Part shown: piece by piece, positions 44,093 through 53,837 of the stretch
Numbering within the stretch: the stretch's first letter is position 1
How the letters are laid out: every line of letters starts with the position of its first letter
Assembly (NCBI GenBank): GCA_034530875.2
Contig: JAVRCJ020000007.1
Span: 160,001 to 224,000 of the forward strand
DNA: 64,000 bases
Source of the DNA: Nostoc sp. DedSLP01
GTDB lineage: Bacteria; Cyanobacteriota; Cyanobacteriia; Cyanobacteriales; Nostocaceae
Direction of reading: 5' to 3'
The notes under the pieces: generated by a model
Told to the model about the DNA's origin: nothing
Database searches by the model: none
Seen by the model: the letters and a program-made list of their open reading frames with translations, nothing else
Position numbers and translations under genes: made by a program

Positions 44093-44572
44093 TTAACCTC
44101 CCTTTGGTTGACCTTCTGTTGTTGCAATCTCGCCTGTTTCCATCAGCATTTTGAAGCGGCGTAAATCATCTCCAATCTGCTGTTCTGGTTCTTCGCCGAA
44201 GAGTTTGGCAATGGTAGCTCCAATCGCACCACCAGGCGGGTTATATTCCGTGACGACCTTTACCTCTGTACCGCGATTGGCGGGTGCTGGCTGGAAGCGG
44301 ACAGAACCAGAGTTATCAACATCTGCACCTTCAATCGAAGCCCAAGCAATCAATTCGTTTTCCCGATCTTCAATGATGTCTGCATCCCATTCAATACTTA
44401 CACCTAACGCCCCACTGGTCGTCCAGTGCGTTCGCTTATTATTGTGTACTTTTACGTCTTTGAGATGCTTCATGAAGCGCGGCAAGTTCTCAAAGTTATG
44501 CCAAAAGCGGTAGAGTTCCTCTGCTGGTTTGTTAATCGTTACCGTCTTTTCAACTTTAATTGGTTGGCTCAT
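44093..44572 (-). CDS. SRPBCC (polyketide cyclase/START) family protein (copy 1)
   Basis: [10 protein letters not shown]...W..FENLPRFM...[20 protein letters not shown]. Confidence 0.88.
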   Translation of the reverse strand: MSQPIKVEKTVTINKPAEELYRFWHNFENLPRFMKHLKDVKVHNNKRTHWTTSGALGVSIEWDADIIEDRENELIAWASIEGADVDNSGSVRFQPAPANRGTEVKVVTEYNPPGGAIGATIAKLFGEEPEQQIGDDLRRFKMLMETGEIATTEGQPKGG

Positions 44573-45048
44573 GTCTATTGTCTCCCGTGTTTGCTGTATG
44601 GTGCTTTGTTTATCGCAGTTTGGACAAACAAATTTGTCCAAACCCTAATACCAGGAGTGGAGAACAGTGTAGAATAAAAGCTTATTAGCGAGAGGTATGT
44701 AAAAGTCTCTTGAAAAAATTTACCCTTCGTATCAGCCTTCTAGACTACTAAAAAATTAACTACTACAAATGAATACCTGAACCTTAAAGCTTTCAACTAA
44801 ACCTAACCTCTAACTAAAGAATGGGATTGGTGTTAAGTTAGTTGGTTCTCGCTTATACCTTGGCGTAATGCTAAGGAAGCTTTCATTATTTTTCCTCTTT
44901 TGTATTAACTCAAAACAGGCTGTGGGGTATAGGAATTAAAAATCTCAAAACAGTACACCCCACACCGTTCGGCTGACGCTCACGGCGGAAGCCCTACTCC
45001 CTACACCCTGCCCTGACGAGATTGCGTCTTTTCAAACGCAACATTTAC

Positions 45049-46218
45049 TCAAGGCTGCAATCTGACTTTTATGCAATTGTCTTTTTTGTGCTTAAATAAC
45101 TCAAACCCTTGCTTTGCTTCCGTGAGGGGCAAGTGATGTGTGAATACAATAGATGGATCGACTTCACCCTTCAAAACGTAATCCAGCAAAATAGGCATAT
45201 ACTTTTGACCGAACATTTGCCCCATTCTGAAGGTCATGGCTTTGTTCATGGCAGCACCCATTGGTATTTTGTCTACAAATCCACCATAAACACCCATGAT
45301 TGAAAGAGTACCAGCTTTGCGACCGCTGACTATCATTTGCCGCAGGATGTGAGGGCGGTCTGTTTCTAAGCGAACCGCTTGCTTGGCTTCATCGTAGAAT
45401 CCTTCTAAACCAGAGGCGTGGGCTTCTAGTCCCACTGCATCAATGCAAGCATCGGGGCCGCGTCCTCCGGTCATTTCTTTGAGGGCGTCACCGGCATCAA
45501 CTTCTTCATAGTTGATGACTTCTGCTTTGGCAAAATCTTTAGCTAGTTGCAGGCGTTCGGGAACTCTGTCAATGCCAATGACGCGTTCTGCACCCAAGAG
45601 ATAAGCACTACGCATAGCGAACTGTCCCACTGGGCCGCAGCCCCACACTGCTACGACATCTCCAGGCTTGATATTACATAAATCTGCACCCATGTAGCCA
45701 GTGGGGAAAGCATCGGAAATTGGTAGCAGTTTTTCGTCAGGAATATCTTTAGGAACTTTGATTGTGCCCAAATCGGCAAAGGGTAAGCGCACGTATTCTG
45801 CAAAAGCACCTGCGTAGCCACCAAAAGCGTGGGAGTAGCCATAAATGCCTGATGTAGAATAACCGTATACCTTTTCTGCTATCCAGGCATTGGGATTGGA
45901 ATTATCACACAACGACCACATTTGCCGTTCGCAGTAGAAGCAATGACCGCAACCAATCATTGAAGAAACAACGACGCGATCGCCTTTTTTCAATCTCTTG
46001 ACTTCACTACCAATTTCAACGATTTCGCCCATAAATTCGTGACCGATAATGTCACCGGGTTGCATTGTTGGAATGTAGCCATCGTAAATGTGCAAATCAG
46101 AACCGCAGATAGTTGCTGATGTAACTTTGAGGATAGCGTCACGGGGATTAAGTATTTTTGGCTCTGGCACTGTTTCCACCCGTACATCGTTAGCGCCATA
46201 CCAACAAACAGCTTTCAT
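45049..46218 (-). CDS. Zinc-dependent alcohol/formaldehyde dehydrogenase-like protein (copy 2)
   Basis: Paralogue of 42909-44087 with the same motifs. Confidence 0.93.
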   Translation of the reverse strand: MKAVCWYGANDVRVETVPEPKILNPRDAILKVTSATICGSDLHIYDGYIPTMQPGDIIGHEFMGEIVEIGSEVKRLKKGDRVVVSSMIGCGHCFYCERQMWSLCDNSNPNAWIAEKVYGYSTSGIYGYSHAFGGYAGAFAEYVRLPFADLGTIKVPKDIPDEKLLPISDAFPTGYMGADLCNIKPGDVVAVWGCGPVGQFAMRSAYLLGAERVIGIDRVPERLQLAKDFAKAEVINYEEVDAGDALKEMTGGRGPDACIDAVGLEAHASGLEGFYDEAKQAVRLETDRPHILRQMIVSGRKAGTLSIMGVYGGFVDKIPMGAAMNKAMTFRMGQMFGQKYMPILLDYVLKGEVDPSIVFTHHLPLTEAKQGFELFKHKKDNCIKVRLQP

Positions 46219-46221
46219 AGT

Positions 46222-46710
46222 TTACCCTTTACCTCTTGGTTGACCTTCAGTTGTGGCAATTTCCCCTGCTTCCATCAGCATTTTGAAGTGACGTAAATCT
46301 TCTGTGAGATTGTGTTTTGGGTCTTCACCAAAAAGTTTGGCGATCGCATTTCCAATTGCACCACCAGGTGGGTTAAATTCTCTAACTACTTTCACTTCAG
46401 TACCGCGATTACCTGGCGCTGGCTTAAACTGAACTAAGCCAGAATTTTCAATTTCTGCACTTTGAACTGAAGCCCAGGAAATTATTTCGTTTTCCCGGTC
46501 TTCAACAATGACTGTATCCCACTCTAAGTTTTTATCTAAAAGTCCTTCAACAACCCAGTGGGTTTTTTTATCATCGTACACCTTGACTTCTTTGAGATGC
46601 TTAATGAAGCGCGGTAAATTTTCAAAGTTACGCCAAAATTGGTAGAGTTCTTGTGCTGGTTTGTTAATCGTTACCGTTTTTTCAACTTTAACTCGTTGGT
46701 TCGCCATCAT
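46222..46710 (-). CDS. SRPBCC family protein (copy 2)
   Basis: Paralogue of 44093-44572; AGAGG upstream. Confidence 0.88.
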   Translation of the reverse strand: MMANQRVKVEKTVTINKPAQELYQFWRNFENLPRFIKHLKEVKVYDDKKTHWVVEGLLDKNLEWDTVIVEDRENEIISWASVQSAEIENSGLVQFKPAPGNRGTEVKVVREFNPPGGAIGNAIAKLFGEDPKHNLTEDLRHFKMLMEAGEIATTEGQPRGKG

Positions 46711-47402
46711 TACCTCTTGTGCTTACTTGGCATATATTGTTTTGTTGTTTTATATAAAAGCTTAAAAAGATTTATTTATCTATTTAGCAATCCAATTTGA
46801 TTTTTGAATTGCTAGTAAACAAAGGAAACAGAGCAAAAATCTACTTAGCTTCGCATAAATCAAACAGGAGTTGTATTGTTTAAATTTTTATTTAAAAATG
46901 AATCATTTAGAGTCTTTCAATAGTATTATTTCCTAAAAATATTCCTATTACAAAAGGAAGAGTTATTTTTTTAATAGTTACTAAAGTTTCTCCTCATTAA
47001 ATATGATTTATATTTTGATAAAAGTAAGTTAAAGTAAGTATTTTATATCTATCTTTTAATAGCTTAATCGTTAAAATTTGCTAGCAACTGTCTAGCAAAT
47101 TATAATTGATAAATAGTCTACCAATAGAAGTAGAAAATAACCTCAACCAGAGGGTAGGGTGTCTGAATTGCATTTTGCTTGTTAATTCTGCTCTTTATTG
47201 GTAGCTTAAAACTACCATGAATCAATCTTGAGGATGATTTAATACTTTTAGAGATTGTTTTAAAAGTGGCTGGCTGTAATTTTAATCGCATTTTTACCTA
47301 CCTTAATCCCACCAATAGATCGGAGGGAAACAAGAAAAATCAGTTTAACGTACCAGTTTTTTAGACGCGATTTATCGCGTCTCTACATGAGATAAATAGC
47401 GC

Positions 47403-47654
47403 CTCTTCATTGTTACACGCACTCTGTAGCAGCTTCCGCCTTGGCTGTAGTAACTTCTGCCTTCACGTTTCAGTGTTACGCGCACCCTGTAGCAACTTCC
47501 GTCTTGGCTGTAGTAACTTCTGCCTTCACGTTTCAGTGTTACGCGCACCCTGTAGCAACTTCCGCCTTCACGTTTCAGTGTTACGCGCACCCTGTAGTAA
47601 CTTCTGCCTTCACGTTTCAGTGTTACGCGCACCCTGTAGCAACTTCCGCCTTGA
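47403..47654. repeat. Tandem array of twelve 21-nt units of two types
   Basis: A = CGTTTCAGTGTTACGCGCACC; B = CTGTAG(C/T)AACTTC(C/T)GCCTT(CA/GG); order A' B B A B B A B A B A B. Confidence 0.92.
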
Positions 47655-47761
47655 CTTTATTAGAAACGTTTTTCAATAAAAATCAACAATTTTACGTATG
47701 ACAATGTTTTAAGCAATTGTCCACTATAGAGTTATGGCAAATTTAGAAATAGGTATTAATT

Positions 47762-48124
47762 ATGGTAAGAGCGAAACGTAATTCACGTGTTCTCGGTAAA
47801 GCTGAAACACGTTTGGCAAGTGTTAAATCCATCAATCCAATTCTAGATGTTGGGGAAGGTTTAACAGTTAAAGATTATACTGATAGAATTGAAAAACTGA
47901 GAAAATCTCTTGAAGCTTATAATACTACTCTTTCTACTATCGATATCTTACTAACCCAAATCGTTGAAAACGAAGAAGATTTGGCTGACTATTCTGAAAA
48001 GTTTTTGCGTGGTATTGCTTATAAATTTGGTAGTAATAGTTACGAATATAAAATGGCTGGAGGTACTCGTAAAAGCGAGCGCAAGCGTACTGGGCGTCAA
48101 AGCGTGGTTTTACCTACTAGCTAA
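47762..48124 (+). CDS. Conserved hypothetical protein (120 aa, coiled coil, C-terminal YxMAGGxRKSER)
   Basis: Clean ORF with AGGT upstream; basic termini and a helical core. Resembles, from memory, an uncharacterised cyanobacterial family. Confidence 0.8.
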   Translation: MVRAKRNSRVLGKAETRLASVKSINPILDVGEGLTVKDYTDRIEKLRKSLEAYNTTLSTIDILLTQIVENEEDLADYSEKFLRGIAYKFGSNSYEYKMAGGTRKSERKRTGRQSVVLPTS

Positions 48125-48147
48125 AGTTAGAACAAGTTGTAACGCAC

Positions 48148-48176
48148 ATACCCGACTTTTTTAAAAAGTCGGGTAT
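48148..48176 (+). terminator. Palindrome/terminator after the 120-aa gene
   Basis: ATACCCGACTTTTT-T-AAAAAGTCGGGTAT. Confidence 0.65.
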
Positions 48177-48410
48177 TTAAATCTAGGCAATATGCGATCG
48201 CACATCTTTTATAATAAATGGCTTAATTTCATTTCTTGAATGTAGTTACTTTAGCTCACCACTTCACACAGCCGTTACCAACCATAGTATTTTTTACCTG
48301 GTTTCTGACGTCAATATCTGATAACAATAGAGAGCTGCTAAGAGTTGAAATCAAAGCCAAACAACACCAAAGGTTCTAAAAATAGTCACATCTGGCTAAT
48401 GCAACGTTAA

Positions 48411-48540
48411 TATAGGACTCACACTTGATTTTTGAAAAAAATCAGTACATCCAGACAAGGCTTCTGTCCTACTCCCTACTCCCCATTCCCTACTCCCTGT
48501 CTACACAAATAAATTCTCCAAATCAAACCTGATTCCTATA
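48411..48540. mobile_element. MITE-like repeat
   Basis: TATAGGACTC...TTGATTT / AAATCAAA...GATTCCTATA imperfect inverted ends with an internal STRR tract. Confidence 0.6.
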
Positions 48541-48541
48541 G

Positions 48542-49078
48542 TTAATTTACATTAGAAGTACTTGTGGGTTCTTGGGCAAGTTCATCTTTTTTAGCAGTAA
48601 CTGAAAGATGTACGATATGTACCGAACAAGGAGCATGGTGAAGGACGTAGTTACTTACACTACCGAGAAATAATTCGGTTAGCCCAGAACGACCGCGACG
48701 CCCCATAACAATTAAGTCAGCGTCATAACTACGCGCTAAATCACAAATAATTCGACCAGGATTGCCAACATTTTGAGTAAATTCTATAGTAATTCCTGCT
48801 CTATGAGCTTTAGCAGAGTAAATCTGTAACATTTGGATACCTTGATTTTTAAAGGCGTCCCATTGCTTTTGGTATAACTCGAAGCTTTGACTATTCAATC
48901 CTGGATAGTAGTCGAAATTAGACACCATAGGTACGTAAGGACTACCCTCTTCTTCTGGTGATAAGACATGCAGTAGCATTAAGTTCGCTTGTGTTAAGCT
49001 TGCTAAAGCTAATGCTTGGTCAAAAACCTTTTGTCCTACTTCCGAGCGATCTAATGCAACTAAAATCTTTTTAAACAT
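48542..49078 (-). CDS. Universal stress protein
   Basis: FKKILVALD, DLIVMGRRG, LGSVSNYVLHHAPCSV; GGAGG before ATG 49078. Confidence 0.93.
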   Translation of the reverse strand: MFKKILVALDRSEVGQKVFDQALALASLTQANLMLLHVLSPEEEGSPYVPMVSNFDYYPGLNSQSFELYQKQWDAFKNQGIQMLQIYSAKAHRAGITIEFTQNVGNPGRIICDLARSYDADLIVMGRRGRSGLTELFLGSVSNYVLHHAPCSVHIVHLSVTAKKDELAQEPTSTSNVN

Positions 49079-49398
49079 AGAGACCTCCATCTCTATTTGA
49101 ATTTTAGGTTACTGAAACGTTTGAGTTTTATAGTTATATTTATAGCAAAAGAATTTGAGAGACTTGTGAAGAAAGCAAATGTATCCCATTGCATAAATTG
49201 CGAAAAGGGAAAAAGAGGAATCTTCCTTTTTGCTTTTCCCTTGTTTTCCCTTCTTCTTTAATTTCAGGAGTTACGCACTCAGATCCCTCAACCCACTGAC
49301 AGCGTTTTTCGTTCTAGTCAATTAACTTCAGCGCCCCTTTGCGTTAAAAAATTTAATATTTGGCGCACCCTCATAAAGAAACGGTATAAGTCGTAAAT

Positions 49399-52263
49399 TT
49401 ATTTAACAGCGCAAGAAGCAGATACAACGGCTGACTTATGAGGTGTCACAGTTGGTATTTGAGCAACTAGAACCACATTACCATCAGCATCTACTATCCA
49501 ACCTTGGGCTTCGACTATTTGAGATGGTTCTTCCGCAGAATTAACTTTCTGTAAATTTTGTTCTTGATTTCTCTGTTTGGAACTAACTGCTCTATTTTTA
49601 ATATCGTTAACAGAATTTTCTGCGTTTGGTTCCAGTGAGATCCAATCTACTAAAACTGTATCAGCCGTCAATGGTTCCACAGGATTCGATGCTACTCCGC
49701 CACGTCCCATGACTGTGAATGAACTCCTGCTGCCTTTTCCACTAGCATTGCAATCAGCAGCAATTTGCCGAGATGCATTAACAACATTTACAGGCAGTTC
49801 TGTTAATCCTTTGCTGAGGTCAAAATTTGGTAAGATTATTCCTACTAGACTACTTAATAAAGGGTTTTGCCGAGAAAATGATGTAATGTCGCTGGTTGGG
49901 ATATTACCTGGATTGAGATTTTCTGGGTCAAGTCTCTGTATCTCTGCACCAGTGCGGAGCACAAGCCCAAAGATTCTTTTAGTAGTGATTGCGATTTTAC
50001 CACTATTTCCAAAGGCATTGGCAGTAATATCATTATTTTCTAAGGGAGCCGCAACAACAAAACCATTAAGTGCATTAATTGTGATATTACCTGCGTCGGC
50101 AGGAGATTCTGCCTTGCCTGCATCGGTGGATATTTGACTATTCCGACGCATCAGTAATAAGTCCTGAATTTGGAAGTTGATATTTCCACCCTTACCTGAT
50201 TCAGTTTCCGAGGTGATTTTTCCACGATCGCTTAGTCTGAGAGTCTGTGTGTTGACAACAATATTACCTGCATCGCCTGTTCCCTGGCTACTAACGCTGA
50301 CTTGAGCCAGATCTTGGGCAATAAATTCTTTAGTTTCAATTGCGATATTCCCTCCTGAGCCTATAGAACCACGGCGGGTATTGGCAAATAATCCACTATT
50401 AGGCCCTTCATTTTGGACTTCAGCCGGAAATTTCTCCCGTCGTTGAGCAAAGGTAGGGTCGCTTCCAGAAAGTATAATCCTGTCAGCATCTTTGATGATG
50501 ATATTCCCTGCTTTTCCAGAATTGGCAGTGCTGCTGATAATTTGTCCGCCATTAATAGCTTCAAAGTTAGCTGCGTTAATAGTAATGCTACCGGCAGCAC
50601 TCTGATTGAGAGTTTGAGTATTTACAATCCCACCGTTTGCAATGCTAAAGAGTGGCGTCTTGATGGTAATATCTCCTGCTTTACCTACTGCACCTGCCTC
50701 TGTGGCGGCGAATAAGCCACTAGAAAAACCTGTTTCAAAACTAGTGCCTGAAATAGTTACAGAATCAGAGGCATTAACTGTGATATTTCCTCCAATTCCT
50801 CGCCCTCCCGGTCTTCCATCTTTTTGGCTAATAACAGAAGTACCTATTTGAGTACCACCAGTTAAAGAGAGCGATCGCGTCTTAATATTAATTTCACCAC
50901 CATTACCGACTCCTCCTGATGATACATTACTAAAAATTCCACTTTTTTTGGTTGATTCGAGAGAGACAATATCTGCAACGTCTATGAATATGTTTCCAGC
51001 ATTTCCCTCTGCAAAAGTTCCGGCGTTTATAAAAGCTCCATCTTTTATATAAAGTTCCCTAGCTTTAATGTTGATATTGCCACTGTTACCTTTTCCTGCG
51101 TCTCCCACAGTGCTATCTATACGAGATTCTTTACCAACAACTGTAATTGCCCCATTGCTGACATCAATGTTCACTTCACCAGCATTTCCTGTGTCGAAAG
51201 TAGTAGCTTGTACTTGACTAGCGGTACTTAAAGATAACGATCCAGCTTTAATATTGATGTTGCCGCTATTGCTTTGTCCATCAGAAGATAGCACTCTGTT
51301 GAGGATTTTACTACCGTTTGTAAGAGTTAAAGCTCCTGTGGCATTGAGTGTAATATCTCCAGCTTGACTACCAGCCGTTCCTTGGCTGATACCGCTAAGA
51401 AGCCTAGTTTTATTTCCGGAAATTCCTATATTTCTTGCATTGACTGTAATACTACCGCCACCATTAGCTGTTACATCAACTTTAGCTCCATTGCTTAGTA
51501 ATACATCTGCTAATGCGGTATTCTCAGGAAAACTTAAGCGGAAGTTGTTGTTATCAATATCTAACCCTATTACTCCAGATTCAGCTAATCCTCCTAATTC
51601 GACTCGACCCCCCAAAGCATTTAATCCTCCTTGGTCTAACTTCACTTCTCCACCGACTAATAGCAAACTCTGTCCATCAGGAACTCTTAACCCAAATAAT
51701 TCAACGCCTTCTGAATATACTCCTAGTGGTGCAATTGAATTGTTTTGGATTACTCCTTGGGGATTTTGATACAACAAAGCTGAAGGATTGACTGTCAATA
51801 ATGGAACTTCGGAAACAGAAGCCCTAAAAAAACCCCGATCGCCAAATTGAATAGCATTGGCTGTAGTGCCTATAAATGACGCTTTAACATTCAACTTTGC
51901 ATTTGGCCCAAAAATAATCCCATTAGGATTTATTAAAAATAGGTTAGCATTTCCTAATACGCCTAATGTGCCAAGAATGTTAGAGGGTTGATTTCCTGTT
52001 ACCCGAGTCAGAATATTCTTGGCTCCTCGATCGAGGAACAAAACTGTTGCTTCTTCATCCACATTAAATCGAGAAAAACTGTGAAAAAGATTATTGCCAC
52101 TTTGAAGTCCACCGTCAATATTACAATTTCCTGTGCATTGACCTGGTGTAGTTGGAGTGGTTCCATCTATTTGGATTGATTGAGCTTGAACGCTACTGTT
52201 GATTGCTATCAAATACAATGAAATAGTGCAAACACCCCACAATAAATAAAAATGCTTTTTCAT
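49399..52263 (-). CDS. Filamentous haemagglutinin N-terminal domain (TpsA-like) exoprotein
   Basis: Signal peptide, NLFHSFSRF, NLFLINPNGIIFG, beta-helix G.AGNI.I repeats, cyanobacterial C-terminal EAQGW. Confidence 0.92.
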   Translation of the reverse strand: MKKHFYLLWGVCTISLYLIAINSSVQAQSIQIDGTTPTTPGQCTGNCNIDGGLQSGNNLFHSFSRFNVDEEATVLFLDRGAKNILTRVTGNQPSNILGTLGVLGNANLFLINPNGIIFGPNAKLNVKASFIGTTANAIQFGDRGFFRASVSEVPLLTVNPSALLYQNPQGVIQNNSIAPLGVYSEGVELFGLRVPDGQSLLLVGGEVKLDQGGLNALGGRVELGGLAESGVIGLDIDNNNFRLSFPENTALADVLLSNGAKVDVTANGGGSITVNARNIGISGNKTRLLSGISQGTAGSQAGDITLNATGALTLTNGSKILNRVLSSDGQSNSGNINIKAGSLSLSTASQVQATTFDTGNAGEVNIDVSNGAITVVGKESRIDSTVGDAGKGNSGNINIKARELYIKDGAFINAGTFAEGNAGNIFIDVADIVSLESTKKSGIFSNVSSGGVGNGGEINIKTRSLSLTGGTQIGTSVISQKDGRPGGRGIGGNITVNASDSVTISGTSFETGFSSGLFAATEAGAVGKAGDITIKTPLFSIANGGIVNTQTLNQSAAGSITINAANFEAINGGQIISSTANSGKAGNIIIKDADRIILSGSDPTFAQRREKFPAEVQNEGPNSGLFANTRRGSIGSGGNIAIETKEFIAQDLAQVSVSSQGTGDAGNIVVNTQTLRLSDRGKITSETESGKGGNINFQIQDLLLMRRNSQISTDAGKAESPADAGNITINALNGFVVAAPLENNDITANAFGNSGKIAITTKRIFGLVLRTGAEIQRLDPENLNPGNIPTSDITSFSRQNPLLSSLVGIILPNFDLSKGLTELPVNVVNASRQIAADCNASGKGSRSSFTVMGRGGVASNPVEPLTADTVLVDWISLEPNAENSVNDIKNRAVSSKQRNQEQNLQKVNSAEEPSQIVEAQGWIVDADGNVVLVAQIPTVTPHKSAVVSASCAVK

Positions 52264-52652
52264 AAAAAACAAGTAAAATCGAAGATGAAATATAGCAAGC
52301 TTATTGGACTTATCAAATTAGTTGTGGAGAGAGCAAATAGACAATAAACAATAGTTTTTTTGCAAATTATTTGAGATTGCCATATTAGAAAAATGGAAAA
52401 TCATTAACAGGGAGTAGGCAACAGAAAAATCCTCATAATTATAATGAGGAGATTTATGTCAAGACATATTGAAACTTTATAGCTTGTGCTATCTCGTTTC
52501 AAATATTTTATTTGTTAAGAAAAAATAATAGTGGTTGATACTCAATATTGGGGTAAGCTTTTAAACCTGTCCCCTACCCGTTGGTGCAGGCGAGACACCA
52601 GAAGGCTATGGTAAGAGTCTGTTTTAGTGATTAGCAAAAGCAATGCTCAAAA

Positions 52653-52865
52653 TTAGACAATTAGCTTCGAGGAAAACTCTTTAACAGGATGCGTAGGATC
52701 TATTGTTCCACCATCATCTTTTACTGCATCGCCTTTCTGGAAAAGGGAATTTATTTTATTGACCGGAGCAGTATCATTTGTTTGGCTATCATTAAGTTTT
52801 GCTATATCTTCTTCTACAGAAAATTTTTCTGCGTTAGTCAAATTAGGCTTGATGCTTTGATTCAT
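52653..52865 (-). CDS. Small hypothetical protein
   Basis: 70-aa ORF with ATG start; no recognisable motif. Confidence 0.4.
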   Translation of the reverse strand: MNQSIKPNLTNAEKFSVEEDIAKLNDSQTNDTAPVNKINSLFQKGDAVKDDGGTIDPTHPVKEFSSKLIV

Positions 52866-53004
52866 AACTTCTACCCTGTAGTAAAAAAAACACTGTTAAT
52901 TAGTGCATCAGCTCGAACTGTCAAAATTACGCATCGTGTAACACAACTTCATATTGTTATGGTCTGCTCAAACTTCAATACTTAAGATCCACTGAAAAAG
53001 AATT

Positions 53005-53049
53005 AGGCAAGAGTTATAGACAATTAGGCCTCGTCCATAACTCTTGCCT
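53005..53049. terminator. Strong hairpin
   Basis: AGGCAAGAGTTAT(A)GAC...GTC(C)ATAACTCTTGCCT downstream of 53137-53460. Confidence 0.6.
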
Positions 53050-53136
53050 GACTACGTATGTACTTAATGTTACTAACCTACTTAGAAATGAGTTTTTGCG
53101 ATCGCACCATATCTCCCTCGATGAGATACTTTTGAT

Positions 53137-53460
53137 TTAGAACTCCCTGATTTCGGGTTTCTCTAGAGTAGATCGTCTTTTTAGTATCTCTCTCAAATCA
53201 ACCTTGAGGATAGGTCTATTTGAAGAGAGTTCTCTTTGCCTGAGAATTTGAATTTCTCTCTCAAACGCATCCCTTCCTTGTCTAAAAAATTCTTGAGAGC
53301 TAGATGGAACTAAGTCACGCCCAAAATTTGGAAGTGGTGAAGGAAGCGGAGTAGTAAATTTTTGTTGAGCTTTAGCAGAAGTTTCCCCAACTAGGAAAAA
53401 AGTTGTTGAAAGCGCTAGCACTTTTATTGTTAGAGAACGAATAAGTTTTAAGTTGAACAT
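53137..53460 (-). CDS. Hypothetical secreted protein
   Basis: Signal-peptide-like ..SAKAQ; RDLVPSSSQEFFRQG motif. Confidence 0.6.
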   Translation of the reverse strand: MFNLKLIRSLTIKVLALSTTFFLVGETSAKAQQKFTTPLPSPLPNFGRDLVPSSSQEFFRQGRDAFEREIQILRQRELSSNRPILKVDLREILKRRSTLEKPEIREF

Positions 53461-53837
53461 AGTTAATAGATGTATTGAGTTAATTGTGCGTATTATCAAG
53501 TCATATTAACTTGGTCTAATAATATATAAAGTACACTGACTTTCTGGATGATTACCTCCTACAAATGGGTTAATTTATTTTCAGTAAGCCCATAATTGTA
53601 ATTTGACTTCTCTGTTTCTAAGTTAAGGTATACCTAGAAAGTTTTAAGTAGGTAGACATAGTTAAATGTAAAATACAAAAATTTAAAACCCTAAGAAAAA
53701 CTGGCTTTTCTCTGCTGCCTCCTGCCGACGATCGCGGACTCGCTCTAAGCGAAGCCATGCGGTTGGCAAAGCCTCTCGTAAAGAAGGCTTTACGCTGCGC
53801 TATCCTGCCTTGTGCCTTCTACTTATATGGAGTTTTA

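Noticed and set aside
47403..47654. CRISPR array
   Set aside because: No unique spacers, since all 21-nt units recur, and no cas genes in the window
53757..53837. N-terminal extension of the desaturase
   Set aside because: Encoded by nested dispersed repeats; an SD-like GGAG precedes ATG 53838
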